NCBI RefSeq assembly: GCF_964355755.1
Contig: NC_092672.1
Location: 7,812,001-7,876,000 of the forward strand
Length of the DNA: 64,000 nt
From: Antedon mediterranea
Taxonomy: Eukaryota; Animalia; Echinodermata
Direction of reading: 5' to 3'
Program-made: the position numbers and the translations under genes
Shown here: one piece after another, positions 24,716-39,319 of the stretch
How the letters are laid out: every line of letters starts with the position of its first letter
Numbering within the stretch: position 1 is the first letter of the stretch
Notes under the pieces: model-generated
The model's input: only the letters and a program-made list of their open reading frames with translations
Databases searched by the model: none
Told to the model about the DNA's origin: nothing

Positions 24716-25546
24716 TTACATAGCCTATGTAAATACGTGAACGTGATTGGTTGAAACTGCATCACATGACTACCGCTGCGAGGATCGTAAATCGTATATA
24801 TCCTCGAGTTCGATGATATTAACTGTGTAATTTTCGTTTGGCAACACTCGCGTCAAACAAAAGTCATCTACTGGATCTTGAACTCGCGATGGAATTGTCA
24901 ACGCTTCATGCGCTGCGCCACGGAACTTGCTTGAAGAAATTAATCAACTAAACTATTTAAACTATGCATACATAGCGCCCTCATTTGTGATTAGTCCTCC
25001 CTAGATGTGATGAAAGACCATTTGTGATTGGTTAATACTCACAGTAGTAACCGGTACGCGCGCGACGCACTGAACATCCGGTGATTCGGCTCAAAGGAAG
25101 AAGACGAATTATTATTATTTATTCGGCCTATGATAATAATAATGTAGGCTTATTGATGGAAATTCTTCTGTTATTATTTAAACGACCTAGGCTAGTGAAT
25201 ATTTTATTGCCAAGGAATCATTAATTAGTAATTATCTGTATATTATTCTTCGCAAGGTAAGGTGTTTAGGCAGCTTGTTTACATACAATACAAAAAGGAG
25301 GCCTAGCCTAGCTTCACCCGACCCAGCAGACTTGTTCTTGGCTATGTAATATAACAGATATCGCCTTTTATATCGGTAAAATATAAGATTTAACATCCCC
25401 TCGGGATGATATATTATGTACTCGGGGAATTATATATATCCTTCAGCTGCCGCTTCGGGATATATATATTCCCTCAAACCTAATATCATTCCCTCGGGGA
25501 TGTCAAATCTTATATTTCACCTCTAAGCAGGCAATATCTGTATAAT
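24716..25546 (+). mobile_element. Non-autonomous element with a long terminal foldback; relatives at ~9042-9303, ~36295-36555, ~40508-41366
   Basis: Shared head atgtaaa(t/c)acgtgaacgtgattggtt and a ~200-bp terminal inverted structure acagatat…atatctgt with nested palindromes. Confidence 0.55.
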
Positions 25547-25789
25547 ACTGGACCCACATTATTTCAGATTTAATGCTATGTTTGCCAAGACATTTCTTTT
25601 AATTTATTCACATTAAGGCTCCCGCAAAGAATCTTCTCTCACAAATATATTTTCAGAACATTGTATGTGGTCAGGAATTAAATAATGACCCTGCTGAAAA
25701 TAGATACAGTGTAAAGTTTCGGTCTCTTAATTTAGAATCCAACAATAGTATAACACAAATTAGTCTATTATATATTTTAAGTCTATTAT

Positions 25790-28700
25790 ATACAACAATT
25801 TAAAATAACGTAAAAGTTTGTAAATCATCATATCCGGTAGAATTAAGGTGTGGTTTCGGAGAGTGCGCAGAATGTCATTTAGACTGGCGATATAGGTTCT
25901 GAAATCGAAAAACTTTGTTTAGACGCAAAATTAGCCACCGATGTATTGGTAGTGATTCAAAGTACGATAAATACAACAACAAAATCAATAGACATTACAA
26001 CTGCTCTATTGCACCGATTCAAAAGAAGTTATGTTACGGGACCATATCATAATATTATGCGATGTTGATCCAAAAATAAGCTTTATCAGACGCAGTTCCC
26101 GGAAGCGAAATTACATTTAGAGTGAACGAAATATTATATATGGGAAAGATATATATATATATATATTATATATATATATATATTATATATATATTATGGG
26201 AAAGTATTGGAGTTTTTTGTTTGTTTTGTTGTTATTAAACTTGTCATAATTTCCCATCTGGTGAGTTTATATGCCTATCTCGAGAGGTTATACATTTTTT
26301 CTCATGAATATAGGCCTACACATAGTAATCCGTGAAAATAATTATAGATATCGCTTACTTATTTTTAATTCGTAATACTTGAGACCCTTTAGCTTATATT
26401 TTTTAATGTAATAATTTGACTAAAACAAATAATATAGTATTTTGACCATCGGTGTTTAGTGTAGGCGTACTTGCACCTTGTCATACAATGTTTATTGCAA
26501 ATCAAACCGATATTTATAACTCAACAGCAGAGCATCTGAAAATAATGTGAAGTTTTATATCACAAGGACTATTATTTTCTTAAATTCGACAACATTTCCA
26601 ATGTATTACAATGCTTAAACGTATGTACAGGTAGGAATTATGACGTGATTGGATATGCTAGTAAAATATCGATTCATACAACGTTGAACTCTCTATCATT
26701 ACAATACAGTTGCTTTTCTCTAGGCTGGTTGCCAACTGGACGTTTTCACCGGTATTTTCCATTTGGACATTTTCCCCACAACTCCAAGACTGATACTATT
26801 TCTTTTTTTTTATAGATTTAGTCCTTAGTACTGTTTCTTTAAAAATTATTTTCGTAACGCCACTCTCTTTTAAATTGTTTAGGCCTATATTGTTTTTTCT
26901 CAATAAATATTATATTTACAACTTTTACACATTTTACAACCTGGTAATAACTATACAGTAATCTTTGAAATAGCAACAACAAAAAGACAGCATGAACTTT
27001 TTATTCAAATTATACAAATAAGAGGCTTCCTGGATGTATAATAGTTCACCTGTATTCTACAACAATAATCTTCTACCGGAAATAGGCCTACATCACGCAT
27101 CAACGTATCAGTGCATGATAGGCCTGTATTGAAAATGTTATAAATCGATATTGTGTATTATTTTCGGTCGGTTAATTTAGAATAAAACATAATAGTATAA
27201 TGGAAATTTCCAATAATAATCTATTATTCGACATATTTTCTTTACATTCTATGGTCCGATTGGAATCACAGAATTGTGCTTAATACGCCACAGGAGCGCG
27301 GAAACTAGAACTTTTGGTAAGCAATCACCTTATCATTCGGTTTGATTTTACCTTACATAAACTAGTAATTAGCATTTTTTTAAAGCAGTGTAGCAATCAA
27401 TATTAAAAAACTGTTTTTATTTTAGTTTTATTTAGTTAGTAGAACATTCATTTATTAATTGTTTATCTCAGGACATTTATGTTCACATTATTAATAAGGT
27501 AAAAAGATTTTTTTTTATTTTTGTTTTATTGTGATGCATTGTATTGAGGTCTATAAGCTCATGTCTAGAGTATTATAATAATTATCTTGCTAATTCGAAT
27601 TTTATCAATTTAAAATAACGTAAAAGTTTGTAAATCATCACATCCGGTAGAATTAAGGTGTGGTTTCGGAGAGTGCGCAGAATGTCATTTAGACTGGCGA
27701 TATGGGTTCTGAAATCGAAAAACTTTGTTTAGACGCGAGATTAGCCGATGCATTGGTAGTTATTCAAAGTATGTTAAATACAAGGACAAAATCAATAGAC
27801 ATTACAACAGCTCTATTGCACCGATTTAACAAAAGTTATGTTACGGGCTATAGGCCTACCATTATGTATTGAGAGACTGACATAAATGCGAAAATGGAAA
27901 CTCCACTAAGTTGAATGACAAATCCCAAAGCATTTCTGGTATTTATGAGTCCCATGATATTATATAATACTGTAAATCAAAACAGTCCATGAAAGTGTTT
28001 GTTTGTACCATGGAACTATAATTATAGTTCCATGTTTGTACTAAATGACAGAAATTGAGTCTGTATTTCATATAAAAGTTATTCACTTCTGTAACAAAAA
28101 AATAATATTTATTCACATATAAAAAGAGAAAAGAAACGTTTAATTATAACTCAAAAACCATTGTCTGACAGACAATTTAAGTATTTTTTGCTTTAAATTA
28201 CATTTTTCAGGTAAAATAACTATTATGTGACAATAAAATGACACATTCAAAAACAAATTTGAAATAAAAAATATTTTTCAGAGGGACAATATTATCTTTA
28301 AAACTGTTACGTCAGCAAGCAAGCAGCGTTTTTTGTAAGAAATATTTCTTGTTTAAAGTAACTTGAAATAATTTGACTAAAACAAATAATATAGAATTTT
28401 GACCATCGGTGTTTAGTGTAGGCGTACTTGCACCTTGTCATACAATGTTTATTGCAAATCAACGATATTTATAACTCAACAGCAGAACATCTGAAATAAT
28501 ATGACGTCTTATATCACAAGGACTGTTATTTTTTTTTCGACAACATTTTCAATGTATTATAATTATGCTTAAACGTATGTACAGGTAAGAACTAGGACGT
28601 GATTGGATATGCTAGTAAAATATCTATTCATAAATCGTTGAACTCTCTATTATTATAATACAGTTGCTTTTCTCTAGGCTGGTTGCCCACTGGACATTTT

Positions 28701-31290
28701 CACCGGTATTTTCCACCTGGACATTTTCCCCACAACTCCAAGACTGATACTATTTAATATTTTTTTTATAGATTTAGTTCAGAGTACTGTTTCTTAAAAA
28801 AAACTCTTCATCTTATTTTCATAACGCCACTCTCTTAAATTGTTTAGGCCTATATTGTTTTTTCTCAATAAACTATACTATATTTTCAACTTTTACACAT
28901 TTTACAACCTGGTAATAACTATAGAGTAATCTTTGAAATAGCAGCAACAAAAAAACAGCATGAACTTGTTTAACCTTAGTTCACGTGGATTCTACAACAA
29001 TAATCTTCTACCGGAAACAGGCCTACATCACGCATCAACGTATGATCAGAGCATGATAGGCCTGTATAGAAAATGTTATAAATCGATATTGTGTATTTTC
29101 GGTCTGCTAATTTAGCATAAAACATAATAGTATAATGGAAAATTTGAATAATAATCTATTATTCGACATATGTTCTTTACATTCTATGGTCCGATTGGAA
29201 TCACAGAATTGCGCTTAATACGCCACAGGAGCGCGAGAACTCAACAGGAACTGGAACTTTTGGTAAGCAATCACCTTATCATTCGGTTTGATTTTACCTT
29301 ACATAAACTAGTAATTAGCATTTTTTTAAACAGTGTAGCAATCAAGATTAAAAAACTGTTTTTATGTTTTTATTTTAGTTTTATTTAGTTAGTAGAACAT
29401 TCATTTATTAATTGTTTATCTATCAGGACATTTAAGTTCACAATATTAATAAGGTAACAAGATTTTTTTAAATGTTTAGTTTTATTGTGATGCATTGTAT
29501 TTAGGTCTAATTAAACTCAGGTCTACGGTATTATAATAATTATCTTGCTAATTCGAATTTTATCAATTTAAAATAACGTAAAAGTTTGTAAATCAACACA
29601 TCCGGTAGAATTAAGGTGTGGTTTCGGAGAGTACGCAGAATGTCATTTAGACTGGCGATATAGGTTCTGAAATCTAAAAACTTTGTTTAGACGCGAGATT
29701 AGCCGATGCATTGGTAGTGATTCAAAGTACGATAAATACAACGACAAAATCAATAGACATTACAACTGCTCTAATGCACCGATTTAACAAAAGTTATGTT
29801 ACGGGCTATAGGCATCCATTATATTTATGTATTGAGAGACTGACATAAATGCGAAAATGGAAACTCCACTATAATTTATAGGTCCCAGCTGGGAAAAGAG
29901 TCTAACGGTTGAATGACAAATCCCAAAGCCTTTCTGGTATTTATGAGTCCCATGATATTATATAATACTGTAAATCAAAACAGTCCATGAAAGTTTTTGT
30001 TTGTACCATGGAACTATAATTATAGTTCCATGTTTGTACTAAAATGACAGAAATTGAGTCTCTATTTCATATCAAAGTTATTCACTTCTGTAACAAAAAA
30101 ATAATATTTATTCACATAAAAAAAGAGAAAAGAAACGTTTAATTATAACTCAAAAACCATTGTCTGACAGACAATTTAAGTATTTTTTGCTTTAAATTAC
30201 ATTTTTTCAGGTAAAATAAATATTATGTGACAATAAAATGACACATTCAAAAACAAATTTGAAATAAAAAATATTTTTCAGAGGGACAATATATCTTTAA
30301 AACTGTTACGTCAGTAAGCAAGCAGCGTTTTTTGTAAGAAATATTAACTTGAAATAATTTGACTAAAACAAATAATATATAATTTTAAAAAAACTGTTTT
30401 TGTTTTAGTTTTATTTAGTTAGTAGAACATTCATTTATTAATTGTTTATCTATCAGGACATTTAAGTTCACAATATTAATAAGGTAACAAGATTTTTTTT
30501 TTTTTTTTATTGTGATGCATTGTATTTAGGTCTATAAGCTCATGTCTAGAGTATTATAATAATTATCTTGCTAATTCGAATTATATCAATTTAAAATAAC
30601 GTAAAAGTTTGTAAATCATCATATCCGGTAGAATTAAGGTGTGGTTTCTGAGAGTGCGCAAAATGGCATTTAGACTGGCGATATAGGTTCTGAAATCGAA
30701 AAACTTTGTTTAGACGCGAGATTACCCGCTGCATTGGTAGTTATTCAAAATATGATAAATACAACGACAAAATCAATAGACATTACAACTGCTCTATTGC
30801 ACCGATTCAACAGAAGTTTTGTTACGGGCTATAGGCCTACAGTACCATAATCATATATTAATTCACACGGGCATTATGCGATGTTGATCCAAAAATAAGC
30901 TTTAACAGACGCAGTTTCCTGAAGCGAAATTACATTTAGAGTGAACGAAATATTATATATGGAAAAGATATAAATATATTTTTTTTTTTGTTTTTTTTTT
31001 TGCTTTGTTGTTATTCAACTTGGCATAATTTCCCATCTGGTGAGTTTATATGTCTATCTCGAGAGGTTATACATTTTTCTCATAGGCCTACACATAGTAA
31101 ACCGTGAAAATATAGAAATCGCTTTCTTATTTTTAATTCGTAATACTAGAGATTATATTTTTTACTATAGCCTAACTTGAAATAATTTGACTAAAGCAAA
31201 TAATATAGAATTTTGACCATCAGTGTTTAGTGTAGGCGTACTTGCACCTTGTCAACATTATAACAATGTTTATTGCAAATCAGCGATATT
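25790..31290 (+). repeat. Reiterated copies of the gene B upstream/first-intron region
   Basis: The module catccgg(tag)aattaaggtgtggtttcggagagtgcgcagaatg… occurs at ~6670, 25830, 27640, 29600 and 30620. The donor-containing module occurs at ~6340, 27315 and 29260. Confidence 0.85.
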
Positions 31291-31378
31291 TATCATTAAA
31301 ATGTTTTAATCTCTGCCGACTGATTGACAGACTTCAACGTGCGTGAGATGAACATGCACGTTGAAGTCTGTCCCGCCC

Positions 31379-33707
31379 GCGAATTTTTTTTTACTCGTCA
31401 TATAAGGCCGATTCAGCAGAAGTCAATAGAGGGCGCGCTGCATCGCTCATGAATATTTATTAGAAAGTGCTACTCGATCGCATGTATTAACACTTTCGCG
31501 CTAGCTATCTGCTATCTGTCGATACGCGATACGATGATACAATCGCCTTCCACTTGCTTCCACCATCTCCCTCTCTAGCCGATGGATATCACAGCTTGTG
31601 ATGTCCATAACTGTAGCGATATTGATGATGATTATTTATAAAAGAAAAAAAAACACCTGGAAATATAACTACTAGGCCTATGCCACAACCATGGTGGGAC
31701 TGAGGCATATTGCACCCATTTAAAGAAATACTGCATCCGCAGGCGACAGTCATCATGGACCGAAAATACTCAGAGAAGGCGCGATTACAATACATCGGAA
31801 ACGCAGTTTCAAACTGTTATTGTTAAATGGATTAGTTGAAGACAGTGTTGTTGTGCCAAAGAAGAAATGTCCAAATGCTTAAATAAAATGTACAGATTGG
31901 TATGATCATGGTGGTATGATGTAGGCCTAGGCCTACTGTAAAAGGGTAAAAATCAATGTTAAAACCTCCTTGGTAAAAGCGCGAAACCCTTTGGGTGTTA
32001 TTACAGTATCATCATAAATATTATTTTATTATACCACCATATACAGTGGCGTATCCAGTAGGGGAGCCGGGGGGCCCGGGCCCCCCCCCCCCCCCCCCCC
32101 CCTGATTTCGTTTCCGTCGGCACATCATCGCGGCCGTCGGCAAACAAAGGTGCCGGGGAAAAAAATAAACTATTTATTCTGACAATAATTGAACTGTAAA
32201 CATAATTCTTTTGAGTGTTTGTTTATTTACATATCATATCATCATTGATCCCTTCAGATCAACTATTTTTTATTTTCATTACATCTAACGAAACACGTTA
32301 AAAATGTGTAGCACGTACGTACGGCCGTACGCGGTAGATTGTTTACTCAAAAGTCTTTGACCTTACCCTAAAACCTTGTTTTTGCATGCAGTTGAGCCTC
32401 TCATGACCTGAGATTTGTATGTCTTCCTACGCTAAGAGATTATATAGTTCCACATGCCATGTGCTTTTTTGTCTAAGATATATTTATTATAAGTGCCAAA
32501 AACCCGGTTTTATGAGGCCTTTATTATTCAAAATTTTTAAAGAAAAAGCACATATACCATAAAAAATATCCATGTATTTCATTTTTGGAACAGATTATTC
32601 CGTGAGACTCAACCAGGGAGTTGAAAATAACAACTCCCTGGCTCAACTACAAAACCACCATTTTGTGATATGATGTCATCGTAAGCCAATCAAAGCTGAG
32701 CTTTCTCGCGATTGGCATTGCTCACGGTTGAATGATTTAGGATTCTAGCTGATTTGATTGGTGGATGCGAATCACCCGCAGCGGAATGTTTTCTCTCGCG
32801 CGTGTACCATGAATCTCTCGGATCGTTACTACACAAAGTTAGAGCAATGAATTTGTCCGAATTCCGTTAAGTAAACAACTTTATATATTTTATAAGCATT
32901 TAATAACATGTTTTATTGATATTTCCAATGGTGATATATAAAATAAATTACTAAAAAACGTAATTATTTTAACCAAAAATAGAATTGTCGACTGAGGCCG
33001 CAAATTGTTTTACTTCTTTCGTGGCTAAAAACGATCATTTTCGGCGATGTTTTAGACCCTATATTTCGAAAACTACAAGTCAGATTTTCCTAACTCTTTC
33101 TTTATTGTAATATGAATACAACATACTAACAGATAATGTTGGTTTGGTTTTAATTTTGCATCGTTATCCCATATAAGACAATATGACTATGTAATCCTAG
33201 AACATATATATTGATCAGAGACGTCGTGTATGTAAAGATAATGACACCAATTTTGTCGGCAAATTGGCAATTCCCGGCCCCCCCAACTTCAAAATCCTGG
33301 ATACGCCACTGACCATATACCTATTACAGTATTAATTAAATGTAATTATTGCACGAATTTTCATTTCATTTATTTATTTGACCAACAAATATACAATACA
33401 ATTGCTGTAACTACAAGTCAGCAGTCCCATATGATCTTAACAAAAATAAATAAATAATTGCTTTCATTGTAGGCCTATATCAGTAGTCAAGAAGAACATT
33501 ACAGTAGCACTGTAGTAGGTAGCTGATATGACAGCGAGTTGGGAAAGCAATTCCCTGCTCTGCTTGCGTGACCGCTGGCGCTGACTGTCTTAGCGTGCAG
33601 CAGCAGCAGCCTGGCTGGCTGTAATTTAAATATTCATGAGCGATAGAGCGCGCCCTCTATTGACTTCTGCTAAATCGGCCTTATATGACGAGTAAAAAAA
33701 ATTTCGC
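31379..33707. mobile_element. Mutator-like (MULE) non-autonomous element
   Basis: TIR GCGAATTTTTTTTTACTCGTCATATAAGGCCG…(~80 bp), with a perfect 9-bp TSD GTCCCGCCC at 31370-31378 and 33708-33716. Confidence 0.75.
32044..33311. mobile_element. hAT-type MITE nested in the MULE
   Basis: TIR CAGTGGCGTATCCAG / CTGGATACGCCACTG with 8-bp TSD ACCATATA. Confidence 0.85.
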
Positions 33708-33716
33708 GTCCCGCCC

Positions 33717-34617
33717 GCGATTTTTTTTTTCGTACATAAGTTGGGGACCCCTCATGAAACGTCACAAAATAAACATGAATAATTCATCAGTTACTTTTTT
33801 TGTTCCGTGTGTACCCAAGCGTATAGCAACAAGTGATTACAACTGCGATACGATTCTTTCTAGGCCTAGGATTCTAGGTCAATTCATGATATTGCCTTCG
33901 CGCACTCTTCTTCACACACACACCAACCTATGCAAAATGTGTCGAGGCTAATCGACAGCTAGGCAAGACATTCAACTAAGTAGGTAATTAGACATAGCCC
34001 ATAGAAAGCTTAGACCACAAGAAGAATGTGTATAATTTGTGTACTGTAATTTTTTAATTCTGCTATTTTATTATCAAACAATATTATGCATGTACTCAAA
34101 GGAACTTTAAAAATGCGCGTAATTATGAACACATGAGATGGAAAGATTAGAACCACAAGAATAAAAAATGTATTTTTGTGTAATGTAATTGTTTAATTTT
34201 GCTGACTTATTACTCGGACTGTCATACCTAACCGTAACACACACGTCACACCCACACAGACTACTAGAATAGACATGGGCTTTAGAGACTAATAATTAGG
34301 CCTAATAGTAATAATAGAAACTATAATTTTAACACGTAATTCTTTAGTAATACATTATATTAAAAACACTATCATAAACTAAAGGCTGATTATTTCGACA
34401 ATCCACACAAAACGCCGCTATTCTTTTATGAAATCGCACGCCGCAACCACAGCGGAGATAGGCCTAGAATCGTATCGCAGTTGTGTCGTGTAATCACTTC
34501 TTGTTGCTATACGCTTGGGTGCACACGGAACAAGAAAATTTAACTGATGAATTATTCATGTTTATTTTGTGACGTTTCATTAAGGGGTCCCCAACTTATG
34601 TAAGAAAAAAAAATCGC
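33717..34617. mobile_element. Second MULE-like element at the same target site
   Basis: ~150-bp TIRs starting GCGATTTTTTTTTTCGTACATAAGTTGGGG, flanked by GTCCCGCCC and CTCCCGCCC. Confidence 0.7.
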
Positions 34618-34808
34618 CTCCCGCCCATGCACGTTGAAACACAGCACAAAGTCCCATATCCAGTATTGCTTTCATTTTGTAGCTTACAGATATTTAAAAG
34701 TAAAGGAATACTCCGTGTATAACAAAATCAATGGCCGTAAATAGTTCCGAATTGTATTGTTGACAATTTGTTTGTTTTTTTTATAAATAATTTGTCATTG
34801 GCAAGGAA

Positions 34809-35080
34809 GCGATTTTTTTTCGTACAGAAGTTGGGGCCAATTATGTGAAAGATAGCCGAACTACTTCTTAAATATATCTAAACCAAACCCTCTAAATAAT
34901 CTCTCTCATGTAAAGTCCATAGTCCAATACACTCGACTACACAGACGGCTCGACAGAAAGCGTCTGTATTAGCTCATTTCTTACGTCACACTTTATGGAT
35001 ATGGTAAATGAATATTCATGTTTATTTTGTGACGTTTCATGAGAGGTGGTTCCCAACTTATGTACGAAAAGAAATATCGT
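34809..35080. mobile_element. Short older copy of the same MULE-like family
   Basis: GCGATTTTTTTTCGTACAGAAGTTGGGG … CCCAACTTATGTACGAAAAGAAATATCGT, with degenerate 9-bp TSD ggcaaggaa/ggccgggaa. Its right end is also present at ~7820-7888. Confidence 0.55.
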
Positions 35081-35839
35081 GGCCGGGAAGAGTACGCTTT
35101 TATTATACTTAATCATGCCATGCGAATTATTATTAAGACAGACAAACCGTGCGGAAGAAGGGTTACTGGTAGACCACAATTTAATTACAAAAGTAGCAAA
35201 TAGGTAACAAATCTCCCATACACAAAAAAAAATGTAAAATATCAAAACCAGTTAAATAAAAATAAAATGTAAATGAATAAACTTACAAATTCGTGTTTCC
35301 GCAGCAATGTGTTTTTAATTAGATTTTTTATTTTATCTCTATGTATCAAATAATTAATACACCACGAAAAACAAGCAACATAATATACGGTAGTTTGGCA
35401 TTTTATACTTTCGTTATGTGTTTGCGCGCATCATCTAATTCACACAGCACAGTTTTTCTTTAGCGTCTTTTATATTCGTAAAGTCTAAACAGTCAAAAGT
35501 AAAGTTAAGTCTAAAGTTCCACATCCACTGTACTATTGCTTTAATGTTTTAGCCTACATATATTTTAAAGTGAATGGATAGTGTATAACAAATCAATGGC
35601 CGTAAATACATTAACTCCGAATTTTATTCGTGATACAATTTGTTTTGATTTTAATAATTTGTCAAAGTACTTTTATCAGAGTGCGCTTTTATTATACTTA
35701 CCCATGCAAAGTATTTAACCACATATTAAGACAGAAAAAGACCGTGCGCAGTACGGGTTACTGCTAGTACATTTTAATTAATAATGAATTGTATAATTAT
35801 TTATAGGTTTTAGCTGGTATTGAAATATTGCATTTGAAG

Positions 35840-38800
35840 ATGTCTGTGAGTTTTTGACAAATCTCTTTTTTCACAATTTTGTATTATTTCAGTAATACCA
35901 GTATTTTCAAAACTCTAACTACATATTATATAAAGCAAACAAAAACTACATACATTATAACTATAGTAACCATGCCAATATGTGCATAAATTGTTAAATT
36001 TAGTGAATATAAAGTATATACGTATGCATACATTTTTCACATATTTGTATTGGGCTTTTTTTTAAACTATTGCTACATTATAGAATATTTTAAAATAACA
36101 TTATAATCATTATAACATCAACCTTCCATCATTATAATAGAACCGAGGATTAGTTAACTATTCTCGATCACTACAACTACATAACAAACTGGCAGTACTG
36201 ATGAATATAATTTCTTTCAGGGAAGAGGATACATTATGCTCTGCTATAGTTGGAAGGACGAAAGGTAAGTTAAAATAATATATATTTTATATTATATATC
36301 CCATGTAAACACGTGAACGTGATTGGTTCAAAAGGCATCACATGGCTACCGTTTCGTGGATCAAAAATGTTATAGCGGACTGATCAGTGGGTTATAAATG
36401 TAATATAACAGATATTGATTTATATATATGTGTAGTGTAACAGTTAATATCCTGCTTGGGACCTATGCTTTTTATTCGAGACTAATTATTAAATATTATT
36501 TCCTCGGAGGATTTCAAATGTTATAATTACCTCTAAGCAATTAATATCTGTATAATATAATGACTATACGAATAACAATGATTTTATAATAGGATCTATA
36601 TCGCATATTTAGAAATACATATTTTTTTTATATAAAATAACGCAATTTAGTAATACATACTAAACATACATACATTTTTAATAATTTAGAAATACGTGTT
36701 TTTTTTTTGTTTTTTTTAAATAACACATTTAAGTAATACATACAAATAATGAATTTTTAATAATTTCAATAATAAAATTGTTAACGTTTATTAGAATCGT
36801 TGAAAAGATATGGGAACGTTTAGAACAAGCCGGTTACAGAGTGTGGATTGACCGAAGTGGTACAGATGGATTGAAACGAAAACATAAGTCTATTTACATT
36901 GAAATGGCAAAGGCTGTCAAAAATGCGACAGTCGTAATTGGATGTTTATCTAAAGCATACCAGGAAAGCGAAAATTGTTTACGTGGTAAATGTTTGTATT
37001 GCTTTGAATAATTAAATATTTAAAACGATTCGTTGTTTTTGCATTATTTTTGTTTAATCTATCCAGAACTAACATGGAAATTACATTATGTTTATAATTC
37101 AGAGGGCAATATGATCGGAAATCGTAACAAAGATTGTTTTCCTATAATTGCGGAGAAGGGTTATAAACGAAACGAGTGGGTTGAGACAATATTTGGTGGA
37201 CAAATTTACATTGACTTTTCAAATGCAGAGGACTTTGAAAATAGTTTCAAGATTTTGCTTTTGAGGCTAAAAGATTACACAGATTTGGTAAATTATAATT
37301 GCATTATCTATTTATTGTTAATGTTCTTCCTCTTTTGGCCAGTGTTCCAAGGTATAGAATAAGTTTCAATAATAACTAAAATCATATAAATATAGTGTTA
37401 CAAGCATGCTCGTGAAAAAATGAAAATTGAGAATACATCTTTGTTCCAACATTTTTCATTCATTTCTTAGTTGAAATAAATAACATTGGTACCTTATGCG
37501 ATCCTAATGCACTCCAAATTCCACGAAAATTGATCGAGTTAACTCTGTAGGCCTACTGCGTCATCTTTTCTTAAATATTAATTTCTCTGCTTAGGCCTAC
37601 ATAATTTTATTATGTTTGGTATCATAAATAGTATTTCCTACAAGCAGGGCCATGGCCACTAATTAACTAATCAAATGAACACATAAAGTTCGAAATATAG
37701 AATCACTTTACATAAACAGTAAAATATGTGAAAAGGAGCCAAAAAATAGCTTTCTGCTAATCGAAGTTTGACTCCTGTCACAAAAATAAATTATAAGTTA
37801 AATTTTGATCCAACTACAATAATTCAATAAGAAAAAAACTACAACTATATAAAAGAAATAAAGTAAACATGTGCTAATGTTTTTGTAAAAGTGAACATTA
37901 ACTTCATTTATGAATTTAAATTTTATAGGGTAAATTACTCCAAAGTTGAGCTCCATTAAAAAAAAAGAAGTACGAACTTTCGGAATTGCAAAATTATTTC
38001 TATTACTAAATCTGGACTAGCATTTTTACTCTATTTTCACTCTTTATCTACGTATCACACACGTTGAAACATTTTTTTTTTAATTGATAGTGGACTTTTA
38101 TAACTAGATAAACCAACTGTTTTTTGTGTTACAGAATCCTAATACCAATGATAAGGACTCATCAGATAATACTTCGCAGCATGCCGCAACTTCTGGTGAA
38201 AATCCAGGTCAGATTTAAATTTCAAAACTTAAATTGCTAGCATAAAATTAGTGTCAATAAAAATGAATGTGTGGATTGCCTCAGATCACCTGTTCGCTTC
38301 AGTAGCTCTGCCCCTGAATGCAGGAAACAAACGATCGAAAGAAAAACAAGACCATATATGCAGTCGCGTGTTCAAGATAGTGTTTACCGACCAACCGACC
38401 GACCGACATGGTGAGCTGTAGAGTCGCGTTGTACGCACGCGACTAAAAATATATGATTTAGCAATTTTTGAAAAATGTTTTTGCTGTGCATGTCAGCAAA
38501 ACCAACATCATACCAATTTCCACAGTAACAATAGCATAATGAAAAGAGAAAACCTTTTTAATGAGTGTTTTCTTTTATCTATTTTATAGGTAAAACGACC
38601 CAAGTATCAGATGTCATCAACATTCTCAACAGTGAAATTAAAGAACTGCAAAAACATGTTGCTGATCTCAAAGAACAAGCCAGCATGGTCAAAGATCAAT
38701 ACAAGACGAATGAAGCAGTTGGTTCAACAATTCCTAAAGTTCTCAGGAAAGCTAATCTAAATGAAATAGCTGATAAAGTCGAAAGTAGGCAAAAAATTAA

Positions 38801-39319
38801 ATGCATTTTAGATTAAAATATCTTTTTTTTTAATCTAGGCCTATATATTATATAGATGTGTTAATGTATTCAATTTACTTACTTTACTTTCTTTCGTTAA
38901 GCATAGTCTCGATAGATAGAGTAAAATAGAGTACTTAAACCGAACTGGGATTTAAAATTAACAATCTCAATTCAAAACAGGAATATGAAGAATTTTATTT
39001 ATTTGTAACATTATAATTGTTATTTTTCATCAAATAAAGAGTTCCTTTTTATATAGATGCAACCAATAAATTAATGGATTTGGCAAAGAAATTGGGCACT
39101 GAATGGAAACAAGTTGGAGTATATCTTGGCTTCAAGCAAGAAGATTTCTATCGGTTTGAAAATGATAGTGGTAACAACACAGCATGGGCAATTTTCAGCA
39201 TGCTGGACCGATGGTATAAGAATGCAGAAATTCATGAGAGGTATGAAAAACTTACTAAAGCGCTCAAAGAATCCGATAGGAAGGATTTAGCAGATGAAGT
39301 TCAAAGTTGGCTAGCATAA
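35840..39319 (+). CDS. Gene B2: TIR - linker - coiled coil - Death domain protein (paralog or allele of B1), ~318 aa
   Basis: Exons 35840-35845, 36221-36264, 36795-36985, 37103-37287, 38135-38207, 38590-38784 and 39057-39319; all GT-AG, in frame, with the same sizes as in B1. Confidence 0.88.

Noticed and set aside
8552-39319. Naming genes B1/B2 MyD88, or the DED genes FADD/CASP8/CFLAR
   Set aside because: Domain order, TIR type and the absence of caspase or DED-DD combinations do not support orthology.
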